Source: Gammaproteobacteria bacterium (lineage in GTDB: Bacteria > Pseudomonadota > Gammaproteobacteria > GCA-002705445 > GCA-002716945). From it: a stretch of 64,000 nucleotides of DNA. The position numbers and the translations under genes were made by a program. This document shows positions 12,341 to 22,945 of this stretch, piece by piece. The stretch spans positions 587,328-651,327 of the forward strand of contig JAYQJW010000002.1 in assembly GCA_038142325.1 (NCBI GenBank). The letters are read 5' to 3'. The notes under the pieces were generated by a model, which made no database searches, was not told where the DNA came from, and saw only the letters and a program-made list of their open reading frames with translations. The stretch's first letter is position 1. Each line of letters begins with the position of its first letter.

Positions 12341-13239
12341 TCATTAGATAAATTCACAATCGACAATATACCAAGGAATTATTTAATATCTTCTAATAAT
12401 ATTCATGGGCGATATGAATTTGTATTAAATAAAATATGTGAATTTATGAAAATTCTACCTGACAAGATTTATAACTGTCCTGACATACATTATGTCTCTC
12501 TGCCAAAGACTGAGACTAATGGAAAAATTATTTCGTCTGTTACTAATGATGATCTAATACTGAAATCTTATGGAATATTAGATAAAGATGAACTGAAAAG
12601 AATTGGAAATGAGATAACAATAAATCAAATCAGGGAAATCATTACATTTACACAAATATCTGCTACAAAGATAAAAAAATTGTTTTGATTAATAATGCAT
12701 CATCTATGAACAAGGAGGCATCATCAGCATTGTTAAAAACATTAGAGGAGGTGGTCTCAAACTGTTCATTCATCTTGCTATGTAACTCAGGCCATGAAGT
12801 ACAAGAAACTATAAGAAGTCGCTGTCAACATCTTGATATTGATGACAACTCATCTTATGAAATAAATTGTAGTTTCCAGAGCTTTTTCTTTTTAAAACAT
12901 TCTTTCCTAGTTAACCTTAAGAAGGAATATGATTTAGAAAATATTATAGAAACCATTATTCAGGATTTTGAATCTCTTTTATTGAATAAACTTGATCCAT
13001 TAGATGCATCAAATAATTGGAGTAAACATCATATTAATCTTTTACTTATTATCATAAAAGAATACCTAATATTTTCATCTAAAAAAATATTATTAAATAA
13101 TGATTATGAGTCAAGAGCACAAGTTTTAAAAAAATATTCAAACTTATATAAAAAAATTCCAGCAATTTCGAATGACCTTCTGATGAATATAAATTCTAAG
13201 TATTTATTGAATAATCTTGCAATTGAAATAGCAGCATAA
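12335..13239 (+). CDS. holB: DNA polymerase III delta' subunit (divergent); frameshift near 12670
   Basis: ITINQIRE, ALLKTLEE and TIRSRCQ; follows tmk. Confidence 0.85.
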
Positions 13240-13257
13240 TCATAATAATATCCAAAT

Positions 13258-14412
13258 ATGAAAAAATCAGACAATAAAGTCATTAATCTGTTCGAACAGT
13301 CAAACCAAGGTTTTCAAAAAATAGTTATATCTGATTCTCTAAAAATGAAACGAGGGGGTAGCCTTTTAAAACCAGAATTAGCATATGAAACTTGGGGCAA
13401 GCTATCAAAAAAGAAGGATAACGTGATACTTATATTAACTGGTTTAAGCGCAAATTCTCATGCAGCTTCTAATCTAAAGAATTCTAAGCCAGGATGGTGG
13501 GAAGGCATGGTAGGCTCTGGCAAAGCAATTGATACAGACAAGTTTTATGTCATTTGTGTTAATTCCTTAGGAAGTTGTTTTGGTTCAACTGGCCCTGCCT
13601 CAATCAATCAAATTACAGGAGAACCATATCGACTAACCTTTCCAGAATTAACTATAGATGATATGGCAAGAGCAACAAAACTGTTGCTTGAAAAGTTAGA
13701 TATTATGGAAATTAATACTCTTATAGGACCTTCTATGGGAGGCATGCATGCCTTAGCTTTGATTATTCAAAATAAAGGTTATGTTAATAATTTTATCGCC
13801 ATATCTACTGCTGCTCAATCTATGCCTTATGCAATAGCAATAAGATCTTTACAAAGAGAGGTTATCAGAAAAGATCCGTTATGGAAAAACGGTTATTATT
13901 CGCCTGAGAAACCTCCGCTTAATGGAGTTCGTATTGCAAGAAAATTAGGAATGATTTCATATAGATCTGCAGATGAATGGGCACAGCGATTTGGAAGAAA
14001 AAAATCATCAAAAAATACTATTACGCAAAATACCTTTGGAATAGAGAATACAGGATTCGAATATGAAATCGAATCATACCTAGAACATCTAGCAATTAAG
14101 TTTCAAGATGTCTTTGATGCAAATTGTTATCTATACTTGTCTAGATCAATTGACTGGTTTGATATTATTGAATATGGCACATCTTCAGAACAAGTTTTGG
14201 GTAATACTGGATTAAAAAGCGCATTAGTTCTTTGTGTGCAATCCGATGTATTATTCCCGATTAATCAACAAAAAGAGCTTGCTGAATATCTAAGTGCTGA
14301 TTCAACTAAGGTAACTTATAAGAGTTTAAATTGTTTACAAGGCCATGATTCTTTTCTTGTAGATATAGAAACATTTTCTAGAGAAATATCGTGTTATTTA
14401 GAAAATATTTAA
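13258..14412 (+). CDS. metX: MetX-family O-acyltransferase, probably serine O-succinyl/acetyltransferase type
   Basis: TGLSANSHAA, PGWWEGMVG, GPSMGG nucleophile, FDANCY and GHDSFL. Confidence 0.85.
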   Translation: MKKSDNKVINLFEQSNQGFQKIVISDSLKMKRGGSLLKPELAYETWGKLSKKKDNVILILTGLSANSHAASNLKNSKPGWWEGMVGSGKAIDTDKFYVICVNSLGSCFGSTGPASINQITGEPYRLTFPELTIDDMARATKLLLEKLDIMEINTLIGPSMGGMHALALIIQNKGYVNNFIAISTAAQSMPYAIAIRSLQREVIRKDPLWKNGYYSPEKPPLNGVRIARKLGMISYRSADEWAQRFGRKKSSKNTITQNTFGIENTGFEYEIESYLEHLAIKFQDVFDANCYLYLSRSIDWFDIIEYGTSSEQVLGNTGLKSALVLCVQSDVLFPINQQKELAEYLSADSTKVTYKSLNCLQGHDSFLVDIETFSREISCYLENI

Positions 14413-14867
14413 TATATATTTTTCTATTAATTCCATTTACATCCTTTGCTGATCAATATCACGCAAGAGTAATAAAAGTAGTTGATGGAGATACAATCTG
14501 GGTAAAGTCTGAAAATAAGCATATAAAAATTAGATTGAGCTATATTGATGCTCCAGAAATCAAACAAGTTTATGGCATAAGAAGTAAGAACTTTCTAAGT
14601 GAATTAATTCTTGATAAAGAGGTAGAGGTTAGTACAAGTAAAAAAGACCGTTATAATCGACATCTAGGCGAGATATATATACATAATGACGATGAATCAG
14701 TTTTTGTGAATGCTAAAATGGTTAAATCAGGTAACGCATGGATTTATAAATCTTACAGAACCAATACCTATCTCACTAACCTTGAAAATTATGCTAGAAT
14801 TAATAAAAAAGGTTTATGGAATGAAGAAAATATTCAAGAACCATGGGAGTATAGGAGAAATAAATGA
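14391..14867 (+). CDS. Secreted thermonuclease (SNase-like)
   Basis: Signal peptide, VVDGDT, IRLSYIDAPE, DRYNR and KGLW...PWEYR. Confidence 0.92.
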   Translation: MLFRKYLIYIFLLIPFTSFADQYHARVIKVVDGDTIWVKSENKHIKIRLSYIDAPEIKQVYGIRSKNFLSELILDKEVEVSTSKKDRYNRHLGEIYIHNDDESVFVNAKMVKSGNAWIYKSYRTNTYLTNLENYARINKKGLWNEENIQEPWEYRRNK

Positions 14868-15440
14868 ATAACATAAAGACCTTAGTAATTGCTTGTACTT
14901 TGTTATTCTCATCAATTACTTTTGCTGGTGGAACTAAGTCTAACCTGGAAAGTTCAAAATATTTTGTTGGAATTGGTGCTGGAGATGGCGGTGGAGCACA
15001 TGGAGGTAGTTTTAATGCACTTAGAATCTCCTATCAAAGCCTATTATCAAATAACACTACATATGATTTCGATTACTTGTCAGACATAGCGCTAAATATA
15101 TGGAAAGATGACTCACGACTTAGTGCCTCAGATAAAGCAACTGCTACATCAGATTTAGATTCTTCAAATATTTCAATTATCTTATTCAAGAGTTATTAGA
15201 AAATATTTATCTAAAAATGTCTTTTTTGACGCGGGACTAGGAGTATCAATTCATAATAATGAATCTATGAATGGCTCAGATCTTGGTTCTATATACCAGT
15301 TCGAAAATAGGCTAGGAATTGGATATGAGAGAGAGACATATCGTTCCGTATTAAATATATTTCATTATTCAAACGGCGGTCTAGAGGGTAAAAACGACGG
15401 TGTAGACATATTGATGTTATCTGTCTCTAAATACTTTTAG
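14864..15440 (+). CDS. pagL: PagL-like lipid A 3-O-deacylase / acyloxyacyl hydrolase; frameshift near 15185
   Basis: Signal peptide; the downstream frame reads [14 protein letters not shown]...[16 protein letters not shown]...YF* (HxSN motif, terminal Phe of a beta-barrel). Confidence 0.75.
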
Positions 15441-15567
15441 CTTTAGTTCTTCTACATTTTTCGGAACAAAACTTCACATTATCCCAATTTTTTGCCCATT
15501 TTTTTCTCCATGAAAATGGTAATTTACAAACTGGACATACTTTTTCTGGCAGGTCACTTTTTTTCAT
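15427..15567 (-). CDS. DUF2256 small Cys-rich protein (46 aa, not in ORF track)
   Basis: [40 protein letters not shown]. Confidence 0.9.
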   Translation of the reverse strand: MKKSDLPEKVCPVCKLPFSWRKKWAKNWDNVKFCSEKCRRTKAKSI

Positions 15568-15907
15568 TTAATTGATGTCTATTTTTAATGAAAAGAAATA
15601 AAGCAATGATCTCGTAGGCAACCACGCTTATTTGATATATAAGAGGAAGAGCCACAAGATTACCTAGCCATTTATATTTTGGAATGTTGCGCCACATAAT
15701 TATGAACGCCTTTGTGCCTGCATAAACTTCGCCATCTTTGATCACGTGCAGCCGCCTTATTAATTGCTCATGACTCTTGCCAGATATTCTTTTAGATACC
15801 TCTAAATCATTGATATCTATCCAATTAATATCATTTTCTAAGGATTTATAATGATTTATTTCTTTAGAACAAACAGAACAACTATCATTAAATAGTACTT
15901 TGATCAT
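15554..15907 (-). CDS. DCC1-like thiol-disulfide oxidoreductase (DUF393)
   Basis: [13 protein letters not shown] (DxxCxxC-like) and RLHV...G..AF...W. Confidence 0.85.
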   Translation of the reverse strand: MIKVLFNDSCSVCSKEINHYKSLENDINWIDINDLEVSKRISGKSHEQLIRRLHVIKDGEVYAGTKAFIIMWRNIPKYKWLGNLVALPLIYQISVVAYEIIALFLFIKNRHQLNEKK

Positions 15908-17380
15908 AGTGTATTTTCTTCTAAAAACTTTTTGCGCTTTTAATAAGATAGCATCCTTTCTATCTTTCTTCATTTTATCGAATAAACTTACCATCATGTT
16001 TAGTCTTGGATTTTTTTTGAAAAAATCTCGATTTTTATCTATAAATCTCCAGTATAAGCCATCAAATATATCGCACCACTCACCTTTTTTAAAATCCATC
16101 ATTTTGAGTATATAGTTTGAACCACAAATATAGGGCTTAGTTGCCATTATACCGCCGTCAGCGAACAGTCCCATGCTATATACATTTGGTGTCATCACCC
16201 AGTCAGAAGAATCAATATATAACTCCATAAACCATTTGTACACGCTCCTTGGTTCTATCTCACACAAATTCATGAGATTTACCTGTATCATTAATCTTTC
16301 AATATGGTGGGAATAGGCATGTTTAATAGTACTTTTTATACTTACATCTAGTGGATCAAGGCCTGTACTCCCGTTATACCACGTGTCTTTAAGTTTTCTT
16401 TTATGCCGGAAAAAGTTTTTCTTCTGCATTTCATCACCCTCATAGTGATAAATACATCTCATAAATTCTCTCCATCCAATTAATTGTCTCAGAAAACCTT
16501 CATAAGAATTGATAGGAATGTTTTTTAAACTATTAATTTTATTGATTATTTCTATTGGAGTGATAAGTCCTAAATTCAATGAGGAGCTTAAGTTTGAATG
16601 AAACCAAAGATGAGATCTTTGATCAACAGAATCTTCATAGTCACCAAAACATTTGAATTTTTCATTTATAAAATAATCTAAATTTTCCAAAGCTTGTTTG
16701 CGAGTAGTAGGGTAGTTGAAGTTTTCATATTCACCAAGATGACTTTTAAATGTATTCTTCACAATATTTAATATATTTTTTGTGTGTTTCGTATGTTTAA
16801 ATTTAACTAACTCTGGTGGCTCTAAGTTTTTAGGTATTTTCTTTCTATTTTGATCATCATATGTCCATTTGCCTCCTGTAGGCTTTCCAGCGGTTATCAA
16901 TATATTCATTTTTTTGCGCTGATTAATATAAAAATCAGTCATTTTATACTTAGGAGATTTTCTAGTAGGGCACATCTCTAAAAAGTCTTCTCTATCTGTT
17001 AGGAACATCGGTGACTTTAGTTCCTTGATCGCATCGACGTATTTTTCTACAGCCCAAATTTCTTTCTTAAACCACTTGTCTTCTATTAGCCAAAAACTGA
17101 GATATTTAATCTTTTTTCTTTTTATTAAACTGATTAAAGAATCCTTGTAAGTTATTGTATTATCATTCAATTCTTCATAATGTATATTTATATTATTTTT
17201 CTTTAGTTCATCTCTATATGATCTCATTGCTGATAAAAATAATATTATTTTGTGCTTATGATGTTTTTCATATGTACAAAGTCCCAAGTCTTCTCTCATA
17301 AAGACAAGATCAGGCTTTATTTCTTTAATATATTCTATTGGAAATAATTGGTTTCCAAGTATTACATGCACATTACTCAT
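15904..17380 (-). CDS. Cryptochrome/photolyase family protein, prokaryotic (6-4) photolyase (PhrB/CryB class)
   Basis: ILGNQLF, HHKHKI, PTGGKWTYD, EGFLRQLIGWREF, HHIERLM and TKPYI. Confidence 0.92.
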
Positions 17381-17470
17381 TTTGTTGATTTCCTTATCTT
17401 TTAACAGAATAGGTTAATTATAATATATTAATCTATGTGTATATATGTTCGTATAATATATATTATGTAA

Positions 17471-18283
17471 TTAATCTACATAAAAGACGTTCTGGTCGTT
17501 AATTTGATAGCTTTTAATAAGTCTTGCAGCTTCATCGGACGCCAACCAATTAAATAAATCCATAGCAGAATTTTTAGATAAGTTCCTACAACGGTCATGA
17601 TTTACAAAAATCATTGAATAATTATTTTTGAGTTCATAACGGTTTTCAAAGAGAATTGAGTGATTTCTTTTATTTTTGAATCTAAGCCATGTAGATCTGT
17701 CGGTTAAAATGTACGCATTCAGTGATATTGCAATGTTAAGAGACGGCCCCATTCCTTGACCTGACTCAAGATACCATTTACCACTGTGTTCTTCAGGATT
17801 TAGATTTAGATCACTCCATATCTTCATTTCTGCCGAATGAGTCCCGCTTGAATCTGATCTGGATATGAACGGATGAGAACTATTATAAATTAAAGTGAAT
17901 GCATCTAATACTGTCTTCGCACGTGATATATTTGCTTTATCTTCAGTTGGGCCAACAAGTACAAAATCATTGTACATTAATTCATGTCGCAAATTGCCAT
18001 ATCCGCCATCGATAAACTCATTCTCTCGTTTTCTGTCATGCACAATTAGTATATTACCATCACAGTTTTTAGCATTGATTATTGCTTGCCCAGTACCAAC
18101 AGCAATTACTTTTATTTTAGTAGTGTCAAATTTAGGGTACTTAGGAAGTAAATATTTATACAAACCAGAATCTCTTGTTGAAGTGGTTGATTGTATAATC
18201 ACTGAGTCTGCTGAAGTAACAGAAGAAATGAAAAAAAATAGAAATAAAATTAAATATTTACGCATGTTTTTTTTGCCCATCAT
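17471..18283 (-). CDS. tupA: Tungstate ABC transporter substrate-binding protein
   Basis: Signal peptide, STTSTRDSGL, VGTGQA, MYNDFVLVGP, FISRSDSSGTH and GQGMG. Confidence 0.88.
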   Translation of the reverse strand: MMGKKNMRKYLILFLFFFISSVTSADSVIIQSTTSTRDSGLYKYLLPKYPKFDTTKIKVIAVGTGQAIINAKNCDGNILIVHDRKRENEFIDGGYGNLRHELMYNDFVLVGPTEDKANISRAKTVLDAFTLIYNSSHPFISRSDSSGTHSAEMKIWSDLNLNPEEHSGKWYLESGQGMGPSLNIAISLNAYILTDRSTWLRFKNKRNHSILFENRYELKNNYSMIFVNHDRCRNLSKNSAMDLFNWLASDEAARLIKSYQINDQNVFYVD

Positions 18284-18881
18284 CTATCAAAATCTCTTTG
18301 TGTTCAATATTCTCATACAAATCTAAATTATGACTTACCATAATTATAGATGTTCCATTGTTATTAAGATTTGAAATAATTTTTTTTACTAATTTAATAT
18401 TAACTTGATCCAAATTATTAGTTGGTTCATCATAAAATAATATTTTTGGATTTATGATGATACTCCTTAAGAGTGATAATAATTGAAGCTCGCCACCTGA
18501 AAGTAAATTAACATGAGATACTAAAATTGAATCTAATGAATAACTATTTACCAGGTCATTTATTAACTGCTTCCATTTTGATTTTTCAATATTTTTACAT
18601 AATAGTACATGTTTTAAATTTTCTTCAACAGTCCTTTGAAGAAACACTGGATTCTGAAATATATATGAAGCTTCGTTATTATGCATAGAAAAATGTCTTT
18701 TGATATTGCCGATAGTTGGTGAAATTAAACCATATAAAAGTTTAAGAATAGTTGTTTTACCTGCACCATTTGGCCCTTTTATTACAGTTATACCTTCTTC
18801 AATAATATGATTAAAATTCTTTATAATAAGATTGTTATTGCAGTTATAACTTACATTTTCTAATGTATAAATTTTTCTCAT
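18258..18881 (-). CDS. tupC: ABC transporter ATP-binding subunit (tungstate)
   Basis: GPNGAGKT, LSGGE and DEPT; sits between tupB and tupA. Confidence 0.8.
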   Translation of the reverse strand: MRKIYTLENVSYNCNNNLIIKNFNHIIEEGITVIKGPNGAGKTTILKLLYGLISPTIGNIKRHFSMHNNEASYIFQNPVFLQRTVEENLKHVLLCKNIEKSKWKQLINDLVNSYSLDSILVSHVNLLSGGELQLLSLLRSIIINPKILFYDEPTNNLDQVNIKLVKKIISNLNNNGTSIIMVSHNLDLYENIEHKEILIDDGQKKHA

Positions 18882-19558
18882 GAATATTTGTTTTTAATAA
18901 TTGAAATAAATAAATTCATTATTAATGCAATTGTAATAAGAGTAATCCCCAAACTTAAAGCCAATGACAGCTCGCCTCTAGATGTCTCTAAAACAATACT
19001 AGTTGTCATTACTCTTGTTAAATTTTCTATATTGCCACCAACAATAATCACTGCACCTACTTCTGACAATGCCCTACTCAATCCGGTAATAACCACTATA
19101 AGTAAGCTAAACCTCGATTCATATATAATTGTTTGTCTAATAACCAAACCCGTGGCATTTAGAGAATTCAAATATTCATGCAACAGTTTGTAATTATCAC
19201 TCAGAATTTTTGTGGCAAGTGAGATAATTATCGGTGTTACAATTATAAATTGAGCAATGATCATAATTGTTGGCGAATACAGTATATCCATAAAACCAAA
19301 CACACCTGATGCAGAAAAAATAAGATATAAGATAAGGCCAACTACCACAGGAGGTAGACTCATTAATGTATTTACTATAATTATAATTAAAGATTTACCA
19401 TAAAATTCATTCGACGCTATATAACTTGATACAATGATCGAAAAAATTGCAGAAAGAATAGTTGCAATAAGTGATACATAGAGAGATAAAGATACTATTT
19501 GAAAATAATTGTGATCTAATATTAGAATATTTTTTATTGGTTCTAAAATTATCTCCAC
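18878..19558 (-). CDS. tupB: Tungstate ABC transporter permease
   Basis: LPPVVVGL, RALSEVGAVIIVGGNI and TRVMTTSIVLETSRG. Confidence 0.88.
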   Translation of the reverse strand: MEIILEPIKNILILDHNYFQIVSLSLYVSLIATILSAIFSIIVSSYIASNEFYGKSLIIIIVNTLMSLPPVVVGLILYLIFSASGVFGFMDILYSPTIMIIAQFIIVTPIIISLATKILSDNYKLLHEYLNSLNATGLVIRQTIIYESRFSLLIVVITGLSRALSEVGAVIIVGGNIENLTRVMTTSIVLETSRGELSLALSLGITLITIALIMNLFISIIKNKYS

Positions 19559-19616
19559 ACAATATTATACTTCACTTAAGCGTTTAATCACAAATAACGA
19601 AATAAAGATCTGTTAA

Positions 19617-21290
19617 TTAGAATAAACCAATGATATTACCGTTATCATCTATGTCAATTCTCTCTGCTGCTGGGACTTTTGGTAGTCCTGGCATTGTCAT
19701 TATATCACCACAAACCATAACAATAAATTCTGCTCCAGCAGACAATCTAACTTCTCTTATTGGTATTTCATGATCAGTTGGAGCTCCTTTTTTAGTAGGA
19801 TCTGTTGAAAAAGAATATTGAGTCTTTGCCATGCATACAGGAAAGTTGCCATATCCATTTGCCTGCAAATCATCTATTTGTTTCTTTACGTTTGCAGGAG
19901 CAGATATGCTCGAAGCGCCATAGATTTTTTTCGCAATAGTCTCCATCTTTTCCCATAAAGACATCTCATCAGGGTACAAGAATTTGAAATTATTTTCAGC
20001 ATCGTCAATTGTTTTTACAACTGTTTCAGCTAATTCTTTTGCACCTTTACCGCCGTCTGCCCAGTGAGTTGAAGAGATAATGGGTACATTTAACTGATCA
20101 GATTTAGCTTTCAGTAATTCTTTCTCCTTATCTGTATCAAAGCTAAAACCATTAATACCTACAACAACAGGAAGACCATAATGATTCTTAAGATTATTAA
20201 CATGTCTTTCAAGGTTCGATAAGCCTTTAGATAAGAAATCTATACTTTCTTTATTCAAATCTTCTAACGAGCATCCACCATGATATTTAAGTGCACGTAT
20301 AGTAGCAACAAGAACTACTACTGATGGTTTTAAACCAGCTTTTCTACATTTAATATCAAGAAATTTTTCTGCCCCTAAGTCAGCTCCAAAACCAGCCTCA
20401 GTAACTACATAATCAGCGAGTTTCAGGGAAGCTTTAGTTGCAATTACAGAATTACAGCCATGCGCAATATTTGCAAATGGACCACCATGAATCATAGCTG
20501 GGTTATTTTCTAGGGTTTGTACAAGGTTTGGTTTCATTGCATCTTTAAGCAGCACGGTCATGGCACCATGTGCATTTATATCTTTTGCAAGAATTGGTTT
20601 TCTATCACGCGTGTAAGCTTCAACAATTTTTCCTAATCTTTCTTTGAGATCAGAAATAGATGTTGCAAGACAAAATATTGCCATAATTTCAGACGCAACA
20701 ACAATATCAAATCCATCTTGCCTTGGATAACCATTTCCAACAGAACCAAGAGAACATACTGTACTCCTAAGAGCACGATCATTCATATCTAATACTCTTT
20801 TCCATGCAACTCTCCTGACATCTATCCCAAGTGAATTACCATGATGAATATGATTATCAAGCATTGCTGCTAATAAATTATTAGCAAGCTGAATAGCATT
20901 AAAATCACCAGTAAAATGAAGGTTGATATCTTCCATCGGTATAACTTGCGCCATACCTCCACCTGCTGCACCACCTTTCATACCAAATACTGGTCCTAAA
21001 GAGGGTTCTCTAATTGTTACGAGCGCCTTCTTACCGATATGATTTAATGCGTCTCCTAATCCAACTGAGGTTGTTGTTTTGCCCTCGCCTGCTGGCGTTG
21101 GACTGATAGCAGTTACAAGTATTAATTTTCCATCAGGTTTTGATTCTAAAGAATTTAGATATTCAAGGGATATTTTTGCTTTGTAATGACCAAAAGGTTC
21201 AAGAGATTCCTCGGGTATATCTAGCTTTGATGCAATATTTGATATTTTTTCTAATTGAGCTCCTTGAGCTATTTCTATATCTGACTTCAT
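19617..21290 (-). CDS. fhs: Formate--tetrahydrofolate ligase
   Basis: [28 protein letters not shown] and MTMPGLP. Confidence 0.98.
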   Translation of the reverse strand: MKSDIEIAQGAQLEKISNIASKLDIPEESLEPFGHYKAKISLEYLNSLESKPDGKLILVTAISPTPAGEGKTTTSVGLGDALNHIGKKALVTIREPSLGPVFGMKGGAAGGGMAQVIPMEDINLHFTGDFNAIQLANNLLAAMLDNHIHHGNSLGIDVRRVAWKRVLDMNDRALRSTVCSLGSVGNGYPRQDGFDIVVASEIMAIFCLATSISDLKERLGKIVEAYTRDRKPILAKDINAHGAMTVLLKDAMKPNLVQTLENNPAMIHGGPFANIAHGCNSVIATKASLKLADYVVTEAGFGADLGAEKFLDIKCRKAGLKPSVVVLVATIRALKYHGGCSLEDLNKESIDFLSKGLSNLERHVNNLKNHYGLPVVVGINGFSFDTDKEKELLKAKSDQLNVPIISSTHWADGGKGAKELAETVVKTIDDAENNFKFLYPDEMSLWEKMETIAKKIYGASSISAPANVKKQIDDLQANGYGNFPVCMAKTQYSFSTDPTKKGAPTDHEIPIREVRLSAGAEFIVMVCGDIMTMPGLPKVPAAERIDIDDNGNIIGLF

Positions 21291-21353
21291 AATTTACCCT
21301 CGAATATAATGTCTAATAAATATAATGTTTTATTCTTTAAACATCAATAGTAA

Positions 21354-21945
21354 TCAATCTTTAGAATGTTTAAATATGGTGCTCTCAACACATTCACACA
21401 TAATGTGACCTGCAATTGCATGTATTTCTTGTATGCGAGTAGTTTTTTCTGATTTTACAGACAACACAACATCAGAATATTTATCTAGTTCATCTTTAAA
21501 ATTTCCTGTAAGAGAAATTATACTTTTAACTTGAGGTCTTACTTCCTTTATTAATTTTAAGATATTGGCTGATTTTCCTGAGGTAGTATAAACAATCAAA
21601 GAGTCATTTTTTTGAGCTAGCGCTTTTGCTTGTCGCGAAAAGATTTCATCGTATCCATAATCATTTGCTACAAGTAAGATTAGATGTATTTGCGGTTAAT
21701 GCAATAGCAGGCAATGGATTTCGATCAAAGTTTAATCTTCCTATAAACTCTGCTGCAATGTGTTGCGAATCTGCAGCACTACCTCCATTACCTGCCAATA
21801 GTACCTTGCCATTATTTTGAAATGTATCTATTAACATAGTAGAAGCTAACTCTAATCCTTTGATGAAATCTACATCTATAGATGATTCTGAATTAACTTT
21901 TGCTGATTCAGCGAGACTATCTTGGATGATTGTTTTGAGTGTCAA
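21354..21945 (-). CDS. gmhA: Phosphoheptose isomerase (SIS domain; GmhA/DiaA family); frameshifted
   Basis: [24 protein letters not shown] and RIQEIH. Confidence 0.85.
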
Positions 21946-21947
21946 AA

Positions 21948-22714
21948 TTAAAACCTTCTCTTATCTGTTAACTTACAATTTCCTGATTTAAGATTATTAT
22001 TAATTTTTGCATCACCAGACACTCTATTAATTGATAATTCTATATTATCACGTGTTGCAACAATGAATGCATCATTAAAATTGACTGAAAATTCTATTTC
22101 ATCAAGTTTATCAATCAATTTAAAAGTACTTTTTAGATTCATTAAAAACATATGTTTTTTGTTGTTCATTAAAGTTGCATATAATATATGTATTTCCAAT
22201 AATATTAATATCTTGATCTCTTTTAGCTATTTTTACCTCGTCCATTTTTTCAACAGCAATATCTTTCGATTCCTCTGGAATATCATCTATGAATATTCTC
22301 TAGATGTATTCCTTGTTACACAATACTCAAAAGGAATAGTTAATAATCCGGAGTCATATAAATGTAAAGTAACATTATTATTATTAATCATGAAAAAGTG
22401 ATTTCTGTATCCCAGATAATAATCCCCTCTTTGCTCGTTTATAGACAAGCAAAGTCTGTATCCAGAATATGTATCTCCTAAATGTTCAATTGTTAAAGTA
22501 GCTGGTTCATTTATAAATTCAACTCTTGCTGTCTTATAATTTTTAAGATTCTTGATTAGATAGTTTTTGAGAATTTTTTGATAATTATCGGGCGAGTTTC
22601 CATAACTAACTTTTTGAATATCATCTGTCATGCTAGGAGAAATTAATGATGGGGCAGGAATTTTCCACAAGATATTACAAATATTGATAGTATGATGATG
22701 TGAAATAATTTCAT
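21948..22714 (-). CDS. Hypothetical lipoprotein (about 250 aa, reconstructed across frameshifts)
   Basis: [16 protein letters not shown] lipobox at ATG 22714 joins the [17 protein letters not shown] frame and the 21948-22199 ORF. Confidence 0.6.
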
Positions 22715-22715
22715 T

Positions 22716-22799
22716 TGCCCAGGGCCGGAGTCGAACCGGCACGAGATTGCTCTCGAGGGATTTTAAGTCCCTTGCGTCTACCAATTCCGCCACCCGGGC
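22716..22799 (-). tRNA. tRNA-Leu (TAA), CCA not encoded
   Basis: GCCCGGGTGGCGGAATTGGTAGACGCAAGGGACTTAAAATCCCT...GGTTCGACTCCGGCCCTGGGCA with a long variable arm. Confidence 0.97.
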
Positions 22800-22843
22800 G
22801 AGTGTTTTCAATACTTACAGACTGTATAATTCTTTCAAAATGT

Positions 22844-22865
22844 TTGTGTAACACTTGTGTAACAC
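22844..22865. repeat. Tandem 11-bp direct repeat TTGTGTAACAC x2
   Basis: Exact duplication read directly from the sequence. Confidence 0.85.
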
Positions 22866-22945
22866 TCTCTTGTTGGTAATTAACGATAATATATCATATC
22901 AACATCATGTTCTGAAGTGTTTGGTTTTCAAGAATAATTTTTATA

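Noticed and set aside
15554-17380. 608-aa photolyase-DUF393 fusion in the ORF track
   Set aside because: Removing one A from the run near 15920-15935 gives [11 protein letters not shown] with an ATGA overlap into DUF393, so it is a homopolymer artefact
22287-22811. 174-aa ORF starting MKTLARVAELVDARDLKS
   Set aside because: The N-terminus is a translation of tRNA-Leu; the real gene likely starts at 22714
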